The notes beneath the pieces are model-generated. The model saw nothing but the letters and a program-made list of their open reading frames with translations. It did no database searches and was not told the DNA's origin. From contig JAVRCJ020000003.1 in assembly GCA_034530875.2 (NCBI GenBank), forward strand, positions 330,514-394,513: DNA of 64,000 nt. The letters are read 5' to 3'. Every line of letters starts with the position of its first letter. Position 1 is the first letter of the stretch. Shown piece after piece: positions 51,740 to 61,156 of this stretch. Source of the DNA: Nostoc sp. DedSLP01 (GTDB taxonomy: Bacteria; Cyanobacteriota; Cyanobacteriia; Cyanobacteriales; Nostocaceae). The position numbers were made by a program, and so were the translations under genes.

Positions 51740-52002
51740 TGTAAACAGACAAGGGGGAAATCGCGTCTTCACCAAAGAATATGTAGCGATCGCTAATTGA
51801 ATTAATACAAGTATTCCTAATTTTAACAAGCTTCGTAATCATATACTGACTACACGCGATTACTGATGGTGAAAACTCGGTTTATCAAGAAATGTTGATA
51901 CAATTAAGCCGCTTTTGGTTAACAATTTATTCTTAAAAGAAGAAACTAACTTTTCGCATCCATAACTCGACTCTCATAGCGAAGTTCAGGAAATTTGGAT
52001 AA

Positions 52003-55000
52003 ATGAACAATGATTTCTCCAACTCCCGCTACAGTAAGAATCCTATTGTTCGGGTAATCCATACAGCTGTCAAAGGAAGAGCTAGGTATAAGGTTGAGAA
52101 ACTCCATCATTCGCAGCCACTCAAACAATACATTGAGTTAAGACTCAACAATGAAGCAGGTATTCGGGATGTCTTTGCTAATCCGCTGACAGGAAGCGTA
52201 CTGGTAACTTTTCAACAAAACTTTAACCCAAAAGCGATCGCCTCGCTCATTCAAAAAATTGTCTTAGATTTCCAAGGCAAGGCTACAACATCTTTAGCTC
52301 GGGCATCTGTTAACGGTCGAGTTAAGCATAAAACTCAACATTTATCCTCTGTTTCAAAAACAAAGGACTTGCCAAACAAAATCGGTAAGCTGCCTACATC
52401 AGGCCAAAAGCAACAAATTTTACCCTGGCATATCTTAAAAGTAGATACAGCGATCGCTGATTTACACACATCAGCAACATCAGGATTATCTACTAATACT
52501 GCTACATCGCAGTTGCAAAAATATGGAGCAAATGTCCTAGCGGAATCTGAAACTCGCTCGAAACTGAGTATTTTTCTTGACCAATTTAAATCTTTACCAG
52601 TAGCATTACTGGGACTAGCGGCAGGGCTTTCGGTAGCCACTGGTGGGGTAGCTGATGCTTTTGTAATTATGGGCGTTGTAGTCATTAATGCTGTTATTGG
52701 CTACGCTACAGAAAACCAGTCAGAAAAGATTATTAACTCCCTCAAGCATCTGGTCAAACCATCTGCTGTGGTAATTAGAGATGGAATTTCTCAAGAAATT
52801 AGCGCTACCGAGATTGTCTTGGGAGATATTCTAGTCCTTAGACCTGGTAGTTATGTCGCGGCTGATGCGAGATTGATTGAAGCCAATCGTTTGAGCGTTG
52901 ATGAATCTGCATTGACGGGTGAGAGTCTGCCTGTTGCTAAAAATATCGAACCGCTTACCAAACAGGATATACCCCTTGGCGATCGCGCGAACATGGTTTA
53001 CATGGGGACTTTAGTTACTGGCGGTCAAGGTTTGGCTGTAGTTGTGGCTACAGGTCAATTTACCGAAATGGGCAGAATTCACACTTTGGTTGCTGAGAGC
53101 GAAACGCCAGAAACGCCCATGCAGAAACAACTCGACCAAGCAGGTAGTCAACTTGTCTTAATATCGGGGGCTGTGTGCGCGCTGGTCTTTGGTATCGGTT
53201 TATGGCGGGGATACGGTCTGATTCAAATGTTGAAATCATCTATATCCTTGGCGGTGGCTGCGGTTCCAGAAGGTTTACCAACTATTGCAACTACAACTCT
53301 GGCATTGGGAATTGCCAATATGCGACGGCATAACGTCCTCATCCGCCGTTTGGATGCTGTGGAAACCTTGGGTTCGGTACAGACAATTTGCTTGGATAAA
53401 ACAGGGACGCTCACAGAAAATAAAATGTCTGTGGTTGAAGTATATACAGATAACAAATCCATCCAAGTGTCATCTGACGGCAAATTTGTTGCCCAATCGC
53501 AAGATATCAACCCTTACAATTGCGATCGCCTCTTAAAGCTGATTCATGTCTCAGTACTGTGCAATGAAAGTGAAATCCACAAAAATGTTAATGGCGAGTA
53601 TGCAGTCAAAGGTTCTGCCACAGAAAATGCTCTGGTTTATTTAGCAATTAGTGCTGGGGTAGATGTCATTCAACTCAAAGAAAATTATCCTTGTTGCCGA
53701 ACTAACCACCGTTCAGAACATCAAAATTTCATGAGTACGGTGCATACCATCAAGCACGAGGATACTCCATCCCCAGATGCCACAGAAACTTTAGCTTTGG
53801 TGGCTGTTACAACTGAAATCGACTCCTTAAAACCATCGCCAGTCAAGAAAAAACGTCGGCGTCGTCCCTCGTCATCGCGTCATCCTCAGCAAATGCTTGT
53901 GGCAATAAAGGGGAGTCCTTCGGAAGTGCTGGAAATGTCTACCCAGCAAATTAAAAATGGTGAGTTAGTACCGCTGACAGAAGCAGATAGACAAGCCATC
54001 GAAAACGAAAACGAAATCATGGCTGGAAAGGGACTGCGGATATTAGGAACAGCTTACACCCACATCAATGAAAAGCAAACAAACGGCAACATTCACCAGA
54101 ATTTGATTTGGTTGGGTTTGGTTGGTATGGCAGACCCAATTAGAAATGGCGTTAAAGATTTGATGGGTGTTTTCCATCAAGCGGGTATTAATACAGTCAT
54201 GATTACCGGAGATCAAAGTCCCACAGCCTACGCCATTGGCAAAGAGTTGAATTTAAGTCGAGGCGAACAACTAGAAATCCTTGACTCCACCGACCTCAAC
54301 AACCTTGACCCGGAGTTGATGAAAGCACTTTGCGATCGCGTTAATGTTTTTGCTAGAGTTAGTCCTGCCAATAAATTACAAATCGTCCAAGCCCTCCAAA
54401 GTGTAGGTAAAGTTGTTTCCATGACTGGAGATGGCATTAATGATGCTCCCGCTTTGAAAGTTGCTGATGTTGGCATTGCAATGGGACATACAGGCACAGA
54501 TGCAGCACGGGAAGTTGCAGATATTGTCTTAGAAAATGACAATTTGGAAACCATGATTATTGCTGTCAGTCATGGACGGACAATTTATAACAACATCAGA
54601 AAATCCGTGCATTTCCTTTTGTCCACCAACATGAGCGAAATCATGGTGATGCTAATAGCAACAACTGCCGGTATTGGTGAACCTTTAACTGCTATGCAAC
54701 TGTTGTGGCTAAATCTAGTAACAGATATCTTCCCCGGTTTAGCTTTAGCATTGGAACCCCCAGAACCAGATGTCCTCAGTCAACCACCCCGCAATCCTGA
54801 AGAACGAATTATTAAAACATCGGATTTTGAAAGAATCATTTTTGAATCAGCGACAATTTCCGTTAGTTCCTTAGCAGCATATAGCTACGCCATTAGCCGC
54901 TATGGCATTGGCCCGCAAGCCAGCACTCTCGGTTTTATGAGTCTAACAATGGCACAACTGCTACATACCCTTAGCTGTCGTTCCCCACACCACAGTATTT

Positions 55001-55218
55001 TTAGCTCCGAAAAACTGCCAGCCAACCGCTACTTAACCGTAGCGCTAGGAACTTCCTTTAGTCTGCAAATCATAGCAGCAGCAGTACCAGGGCTCAGACA
55101 ACTGCTCAACCTCACCCCAATTAATCTTATCGATGGTGCAGTAATTGGCACAAGCGCCCTACTACCATTCGTAGTCAACGAAGCTACCAAACCAATTCAA
55201 AATAATTCCACCCTTTGA
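52003..55218 (+). CDS. P-type ATPase (P2, Ca2+-like) with N-terminal HMA-like (HMA2) domain
   Basis: TGES, PEGL, DKTGT, GDGINDAPAL and WLNLVTD motifs; N-terminal GRARYK..NPLTGSVLV. Confidence 0.92.
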   Translation: MNNDFSNSRYSKNPIVRVIHTAVKGRARYKVEKLHHSQPLKQYIELRLNNEAGIRDVFANPLTGSVLVTFQQNFNPKAIASLIQKIVLDFQGKATTSLARASVNGRVKHKTQHLSSVSKTKDLPNKIGKLPTSGQKQQILPWHILKVDTAIADLHTSATSGLSTNTATSQLQKYGANVLAESETRSKLSIFLDQFKSLPVALLGLAAGLSVATGGVADAFVIMGVVVINAVIGYATENQSEKIINSLKHLVKPSAVVIRDGISQEISATEIVLGDILVLRPGSYVAADARLIEANRLSVDESALTGESLPVAKNIEPLTKQDIPLGDRANMVYMGTLVTGGQGLAVVVATGQFTEMGRIHTLVAESETPETPMQKQLDQAGSQLVLISGAVCALVFGIGLWRGYGLIQMLKSSISLAVAAVPEGLPTIATTTLALGIANMRRHNVLIRRLDAVETLGSVQTICLDKTGTLTENKMSVVEVYTDNKSIQVSSDGKFVAQSQDINPYNCDRLLKLIHVSVLCNESEIHKNVNGEYAVKGSATENALVYLAISAGVDVIQLKENYPCCRTNHRSEHQNFMSTVHTIKHEDTPSPDATETLALVAVTTEIDSLKPSPVKKKRRRRPSSSRHPQQMLVAIKGSPSEVLEMSTQQIKNGELVPLTEADRQAIENENEIMAGKGLRILGTAYTHINEKQTNGNIHQNLIWLGLVGMADPIRNGVKDLMGVFHQAGINTVMITGDQSPTAYAIGKELNLSRGEQLEILDSTDLNNLDPELMKALCDRVNVFARVSPANKLQIVQALQSVGKVVSMTGDGINDAPALKVADVGIAMGHTGTDAAREVADIVLENDNLETMIIAVSHGRTIYNNIRKSVHFLLSTNMSEIMVMLIATTAGIGEPLTAMQLLWLNLVTDIFPGLALALEPPEPDVLSQPPRNPEERIIKTSDFERIIFESATISVSSLAAYSYAISRYGIGPQASTLGFMSLTMAQLLHTLSCRSPHHSIFSSEKLPANRYLTVALGTSFSLQIIAAAVPGLRQLLNLTPINLIDGAVIGTSALLPFVVNEATKPIQNNSTL

Positions 55219-55417
55219 TGTCGCCTTACGGCTATTCCTCACTAGACTTCTTGCAGAAGTCGGGAAAAGGGTAAGGGGGAAAGGGGAAAGGGATAAGAAA
55301 AAACCTTTTCCCTTTGCCCCAAGAGTGCAAAACTCTTTTTGCAAGAGGTCTACTTTCTCAAACACCTTACAATTTCCCTCTTCTTCTCTGCGCCTCTGCG
55401 CCTCTGCGTGAGAAAAT

Positions 55418-56617
55418 ATGAAAAAAGATTTTTTATTTACCTCAGAATCCGTCACCGAAGGACATCCTGATAAACTTTGCGATCAAATCAGCGATGCCAT
55501 TGTCGATCAATTTCTCCGGCGAGATCCCTTTGCCAGAGTCATTACCGAATGTGCCGTATCCACTGCCATTGTCTTCATTTCTGCCAGATTTGAGTCCGAT
55601 GCGATCGTCGATTTTACCAAAATAGCCAGACAGGTAATTAAGCAAGTTGGTTACGACCAACCCGACTTTAACGCCAAAACCTGTAGCATCATGACTAGCC
55701 TCAAAGAATTACCGCGTAGCGACAATCGCTTTTGGGATGAAAAAAAACTCTCCGAACAAGAGATAGAAAACATTCCCGTAAAAGACCAAGTGACAGTCTT
55801 CGGTTTTGCTTGCAATCAAACTAAAGTTTTAATGCCGCTTCCTATCTGGCTAGCACACCAATTAGCCAGAAGGCTGACCGCTGTTAGAGAGCAAAAAATC
55901 TTACCCTATCTCGCACCTGATGGTAAAACTCAGGTCGCAATTGAATACAAAGACCGCAAACCGCATAGAATTTACAGCATTACCCTAATTGCCAGCCAAA
56001 ATAAACTACTAGGATTAAATGGCGCAAATCTCAAGCGCCTCCAGGAAGATTTGCGAGAAAGTGTAATGAATGTTGTGTTTGCAGATGAAGAACTCAAACC
56101 CGATGCTAGCACCAGAATATTTATTGATTCTGACAATCCCTTTGCCATTGGCGGCCCTTCCGTTCATTCTGGGTTAACAGGTAGGAAAAATGCCATAGAT
56201 ACTTATGGCGAATATTCCCGCCACAGCGGTGCAGCCCTAAGTGGCAAAGACCCCACACGCATAGATAGAATTGGAGCTTATGCAGCTCGTTACGCTGCTA
56301 AGAATATCGTTGCAGCAGGTTTAGCTGAGGAATGTGAAGTACAACTCACCTATTCTCTAGGACTTTCTCGACCAGTGAGCATTCAAGTAGAAACCTTTGG
56401 CACAGGTAAGATTTCTGATGAAGAAATTGCTGGAATTTTAGAAAAGAATTTTGATTTTCGACTTGCAGGGATTATTCGCGAGTTTAATCTCAGATATTTG
56501 CCTGCGATTGTCAAAGGTGGATTCTATAAAAAGCTTGCTGCCTACGGCCATGTCGGTAGGCTAGATATTGGCGTCTTGCCTTGGGAAGAAACAGATAAGG
56601 TGCCAGTTTTGCAATAG
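55418..56617 (+). CDS. metK: S-adenosylmethionine synthetase paralogue (divergent)
   Basis: FTSESVTEGHPDK, PDGKTQV, GLTGRK, SGKD and AAYGH motifs. Confidence 0.85.
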   Translation: MKKDFLFTSESVTEGHPDKLCDQISDAIVDQFLRRDPFARVITECAVSTAIVFISARFESDAIVDFTKIARQVIKQVGYDQPDFNAKTCSIMTSLKELPRSDNRFWDEKKLSEQEIENIPVKDQVTVFGFACNQTKVLMPLPIWLAHQLARRLTAVREQKILPYLAPDGKTQVAIEYKDRKPHRIYSITLIASQNKLLGLNGANLKRLQEDLRESVMNVVFADEELKPDASTRIFIDSDNPFAIGGPSVHSGLTGRKNAIDTYGEYSRHSGAALSGKDPTRIDRIGAYAARYAAKNIVAAGLAEECEVQLTYSLGLSRPVSIQVETFGTGKISDEEIAGILEKNFDFRLAGIIREFNLRYLPAIVKGGFYKKLAAYGHVGRLDIGVLPWEETDKVPVLQ

Positions 56618-56637
56618 ATGTGTTTTGAAAATAGGAA

Positions 56638-56829
56638 GTTAACTTAACGCGAAAGGGGCGGTTAGAAACCGCACGCCAGTTGCTTCAAGTCGGCAGAGCC
56701 GCCCAACGCACTGGCTCGTCTACATAAACAAAACCCACCTCCGTGGGTTTCAGATTTTCCGTTAGTCCGCGCACCATCCGGACTTTGCCTGTGTAGCTGC
56801 GAATTCTATTCGCCACGCCTTAAGTTGAC
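56638..56829. mobile_element. GTCAACTTAA-type repeat copy with an extra ~45-bp palindromic insert
   Basis: Collinear with 51585-51739, plus acgccagttgc...gcactggct. Confidence 0.65.
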
Positions 56830-57128
56830 ACAAATGAAAGCTTCGCGCCCTTACAGATTTTAGATGTGTTGCAAAGATTTTTTTAAATGGTATTCAGATT
56901 AATAAAATTTCTATTCAGACTTTAGTTAATTTAAGTTTGACATCTGATTAAAATTATAGCTAAATTAAAGGCTGAACTTGCCGAAATATTAACTCAAAGA
57001 ATGAGTTAGAAAGTAGTCATGGCATGAAAAAAATTAGTTAAGTTTGATAGCAGTTTTAGTTAAAATTAATTTTGAAGGATGGGTAAGATACCCATCCTTA
57101 CTTTTTAGATATTTTTGGAGAAAAATTG

Positions 57129-57691
57129 ATGAATCAATTTACCACCGATAAATTATCCACACCCATACAACTACAAGTTGTTAGTAATACTCCAGGTCGT
57201 TTACGTTTGAGGATTCCTAGCGAATATCAAAACAATCAGGAACTTATAGCAATGGCTACCTCCCTGGATTCTTTTTTTCCTCAAATTGAAAAAGTGAAAA
57301 CCAATTTAGAGACAGGTAGCGTTACAATTTACTATTCTGGTGGCGGCGAAAGTTTTGCAGATGCTTTAAGCAAATTACAGGCTTTCGGTATAACTCTTGT
57401 AAATGCAGAAAAAAAAAATTAAAAGCGACAAGCCTAAATCTGACTTTATCTAACTTAAATCAACAAATTAAACAAGCAACAAAAGATACGATAGATTTAC
57501 GATCGCTAATACCATTTACCATAATTGTGCTTGTAATTAAACGTTTACTTCCTCAGTTAGCGCGCTGGCAGTCAACAGTATTGTATCTCTTGCTTTGGTA
57601 CGCCATAGAAAGTTTAGTGCAGATAAGCGATCGCCAAGAACCGCCAACTATACCAGAAGGCAGGAGGCAGGAGGCAGAAGGCAGAAGGTAA
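57129..57691 (+). pseudogene. HMA2-domain membrane protein split by a frameshift in an A10 tract
   Basis: Frame 1: SNTPGRLRLR..TGSVTIYY, ending at 57422. The -1 frame from 57419 reads ..LSNLNQQIKQATKDTIDLRSLIPF..LLWYAIESL.. to TAA 57691. Confidence 0.7.
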
Positions 57692-58118
57692 AAACTACTG
57701 CTATTCCTAGCATTCACGCTGACTACAGCTATAAATAAACAGCAAACCTAAATTATATTTTTACTTTACAAAAACTCATTCTTTGATAAGCTCACAACAA
57801 GCTGGAGTTAATACAACTTAAGCTTAACTTATACATAGATACGTTTACCTGCTAATCTTAGTTTTTGTATAATTTAAACTAATGTTTTACTTAATAAATA
57901 AATTTATTATTTATACAAAGTACTTAAATAATAAGTAAAACTTTATTTTACTAGATAAAATTTATTTTTAACTTATCGATTAATACATTTTAGTTAGTCC
58001 GGCACGTTCCGGAGTAACTAATCAACATGTTTTAGTTAGTCCGCCACTTTCTGAAGTAACAAATGCTTCTTCTGTAGTAGGGTGCGTTGTCGTTAAGCAC
58101 AACGCACCATGAAAATAC

Positions 58119-58415
58119 CTATCGTATTAAAATCTGACGGATTAAAATACTCATTACCTCGTCTCGGTTAGCAGTTGGTAGTAGTGGACTCCAGTCACCA
58201 GTGCTTGCATAGCCAATTACTTGCAGAGAGTGAATTGTACTAGTAACGGCTTTTGGAGAACCAATCAGCAAATGTTTAATCGGTTCTCTTTTGGGTGATG
58301 GATTTTTTAAAAGTTGATTCCAGGCGGGTGTATCTAACTTTTCGCCACGTAAGTATTGTTCTAACTTTGATTGAGCGAAGTTTCGATTTTTTACAAACTT
58401 TTTTACTTGTGCCAT
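58119..58415 (-). CDS. Conserved cyanobacterial hypothetical protein
   Basis: REPIKHLLIGS..TIHSLQVIGYA..WSPLLP motif; GGAG RBS and a promoter upstream. Confidence 0.7.
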   Translation of the reverse strand: MAQVKKFVKNRNFAQSKLEQYLRGEKLDTPAWNQLLKNPSPKREPIKHLLIGSPKAVTSTIHSLQVIGYASTGDWSPLLPTANRDEVMSILIRQILIR

Positions 58416-58498
58416 GATTGTATTTATCTCCCAGAATGGGGGTTTACGGAAAGGCGATCGCCCTCTGCCAAGAAACCGCGATCGCCTTTCTTATTCTC

Positions 58499-58527
58499 AT
58501 ATTAGAGTATAATTTTATACTTGTAAA
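58499..58527 (-). promoter_or_regulatory. Sigma70-like promoter with a palindromic site in the spacer
   Basis: Minus strand: TTTACA-17 bp-TAATAT; the spacer holds AGTATAAAATTATACT. Confidence 0.5.
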
Positions 58528-58748
58528 TACCCTGAATGAAAAAAATATTGCAGTTGGCGATCGAATTATTTAATTTTTGAAACAACGATGTACCACTTGA
58601 AACAACTGATTTCCCTGTTCCCCGTTTCCTTTTTACAGAGAGAAATACAAAAATCAAAACATATTAAAATATTTGTGGATTTTGCTGAACCAAAATTTAG
58701 TTTGAGTGGGGCATAGTAATTTTATAAGCCTTAGAAGGTAGTAAATTT

Positions 58749-59144
58749 ATGCCTCAGAAAAAACGCACATCTCGCGTTCTAGAAAATGCCGAGTTAAGAT
58801 TTGCTGGACTCAAAGCAATAAATAGCAATCTGGATCTTGGAGATAATTACAACATCGCCACCCTGACACAATTAATTGAAGAGTTACGCACTAGATTAGA
58901 AAACCATAATACTATTATCAGCATGGTTGGTTCTTCTAAAATAGAAGTTGAACAATTAGAACAAAATTTAGTTAGTTACTGTGAAAAAATGTTAATGGGA
59001 ATTGGCTTTAAATACGGCAAAGACAGCCCTGAATACCAAATGGCTGGTGGGATTCGTAGAAGTGAAAGTCTGCGTAAAAGTAGAGCAACTCGGATAAAAA
59101 CTATTGCTAAGAAAGCATCTAGCCAAACCTCTGAAAGTGTATAG
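58749..59144 (+). CDS. Conserved cyanobacterial hypothetical protein
   Basis: KRTSRVLE..RFAGLKAI..KYGKDSPEYQMAGG motif. Confidence 0.7.
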   Translation: MPQKKRTSRVLENAELRFAGLKAINSNLDLGDNYNIATLTQLIEELRTRLENHNTIISMVGSSKIEVEQLEQNLVSYCEKMLMGIGFKYGKDSPEYQMAGGIRRSESLRKSRATRIKTIAKKASSQTSESV

Positions 59145-59172
59145 CACGCTAGCAATAATACAGCAATAAATT

Positions 59173-59245
59173 TGTAGGTTGGGTTGAGGAACGAAACCCA
59201 ACACCGATATCCGCGTTGGGTTTCACTCCGTTCAACCCAACCTAC
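59173..59245. repeat. REP-like GTAG-terminated paired palindrome
   Basis: TGTAGGTTGGGTTGA...TCAACCCAACCTACA, with internal aaacccaac/gttgggttt. Confidence 0.6.
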
Positions 59246-59378
59246 ACTAATGCTCTATTTTAGCCTTACCACGCCACTAAGCTCATGTGCATTCAAGTTG
59301 CAAAATTTGAATTGTTGGTAATAACTTCAAACCCTTTTCCCTGCTCCCTACCTCATACAAATAAAAACTGCTGTATTA

Positions 59379-60227
59379 TCAAGGAAGCATTTTAGGACGA
59401 CTCAGAATTAGTACCTGCACTTGACCATCACTAGTGTTAATTGCTAATACTGGAGGACGTTGATCCCGTTTTGCATCAGCAGGCATTGCAGGAAACAGAT
59501 AAACCCAATTGTTGTTCTCAATTAGCAACCGCCACACAATAGGTTGCTTTGGATTAGTTGTTAAATCGTTTGTTTCTCGTCCATAAATTCGTCGGAATTG
59601 CTCAACATCTCCGATGATGCGAGAATTCTTCAAATTAGGATTTGTCAAATCCTCCAGATTGAGTCCTAAAGGACTTTTGTCTTGTGGGCTAACTAGAGTC
59701 ACAATCGGTCTAGTTGAGGTTGTATTAACTGCATCCCGGAAAGCATCAGCAGCACCTTGCCAACGACCTAACCAAAATAAAGCAGCCAAAATCCAGGCAA
59801 CAACAATAATTTCATGGCGTAAAGGCAGAGGTAAAAATTGGGCAAAAGAACGCAAACGTTGAAGCAGCCAAAAGCTGTGTACTTTTTGCGTATAACGAGT
59901 AACAAGTGAGTTTAAGGTACTAGGTGGGCTGACCGGCTTTGGCGAACGAATAATCCAAAGACTGAATTTAATTAATATAACAGTAATAATTAGAGCTGCC
60001 AACGCTCGTAAAAATATCCAAATATTACCTAGAATAACTTGGATTGGTACTAATAAAAAAGACTCAAATGGAAAATTTAAAGCAGTAATTTCTATTTCAA
60101 AAAAACTAAAGTAAGCCCAGCGATATATCCAGCCAAGAAAGTAAAGGAAGATAGCTAAGACGCCAAGCAAACTAGCGAAGCTTCCTAAAAAATTGCTGTT
60201 GGAAGAATGGTCAGGAGTAGGGGACAT
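59379..60227 (-). CDS. Hypothetical membrane protein
   Basis: 282-aa ORF with about three TM helices. Confidence 0.65.
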   Translation of the reverse strand: MSPTPDHSSNSNFLGSFASLLGVLAIFLYFLGWIYRWAYFSFFEIEITALNFPFESFLLVPIQVILGNIWIFLRALAALIITVILIKFSLWIIRSPKPVSPPSTLNSLVTRYTQKVHSFWLLQRLRSFAQFLPLPLRHEIIVVAWILAALFWLGRWQGAADAFRDAVNTTSTRPIVTLVSPQDKSPLGLNLEDLTNPNLKNSRIIGDVEQFRRIYGRETNDLTTNPKQPIVWRLLIENNNWVYLFPAMPADAKRDQRPPVLAINTSDGQVQVLILSRPKMLP

Positions 60228-60508
60228 AATTACGATCGAAATTACTAAGAATTTAGTTATAGCTACCTACTAGCAGACCAGATAAAACAACACTACTATA
60301 CAAGAAAGTACATTGCTTGATTGTTACATACACTCTCAGTACTGCCTTTAAATCAAAATTATCCATAATCTGTTAATCAAGCAAAAATCCTTAAAAAAGC
60401 TTTTCCGAAATCAAGAGTAATTTCTTTGATTGTATAATTGATGATACTAAGCTTTTAAGACTAAATCCACCTTTTTGCTTTAGTTCCTACATTATTAGCT
60501 ATAAATAT

Positions 60509-61093
60509 ATGAAAGTAGTTTTTAGCACACTGAGTATTGTGTCAATAATAGCTACAACTTTAACAATAGAAAATATATTGGTAGCAATTGCAACACCTCA
60601 AATAGCCCAAACACAACGCTCAACAATTAAAAGTCTAATACCTTTGGCATTACCTACTAGTGCAGATATATGGTTCAAAGATGGAAAATCCATCACTGGG
60701 CAACTAACAGATTTTAATTCTAAAAACCAAAAAATTCAGATTTTCCGTGCTGGCACACCTCGCTCGGTTCAGCTTAGCCAAGTACAGCGAATAAGTTTTA
60801 GACGAGATGCATTGGTTTATATCGCTGGTGAAGGGCGAGTAATCCGAGGAGAAGATAAGGCAAAAGCAACACAAAGTACATGGGGAAATATACCAGTAGA
60901 TGCATTTCGATTAATCGACTCAAAGCAAGGGCAAGCTAGCGTAGACCTATCAAAAGTAATGAATCAAAAACAACTACGTGGGATTTTGGGAGTAGCACAG
61001 GACAGTTTATATGTAGTGGATGAGATGGAATTTCAATCAGGTAAAAAGCTAACGATTAAGGTGACACCAACGGATCGCTTACAACCCCGTTAA
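60509..61093 (+). CDS. Hypothetical exported protein
   Basis: Hydrophobic N-terminus; upstream of and co-oriented with the TPR-CHAT gene. Confidence 0.65.
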   Translation: MKVVFSTLSIVSIIATTLTIENILVAIATPQIAQTQRSTIKSLIPLALPTSADIWFKDGKSITGQLTDFNSKNQKIQIFRAGTPRSVQLSQVQRISFRRDALVYIAGEGRVIRGEDKAKATQSTWGNIPVDAFRLIDSKQGQASVDLSKVMNQKQLRGILGVAQDSLYVVDEMEFQSGKKLTIKVTPTDRLQPR

Positions 61094-61156
61094 CTCAGAT
61101 GTAATGACTCAATCCATCAAACTGCTTTGTGACTGCAACGGCATTGCTGATTAAAA

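Noticed and set aside
51325..51842. Several 60-78 aa ORFs; also 48120-48305
   Set aside because: They lie within MITE or repeat DNA and show no protein features.
57986..58064. Two 42-bp-period direct repeats (TTTTAGTTAGTCCG..AGTAAC) as a mini-CRISPR
   Set aside because: Only two degenerate units, too short an intervening sequence, and no cas genes.
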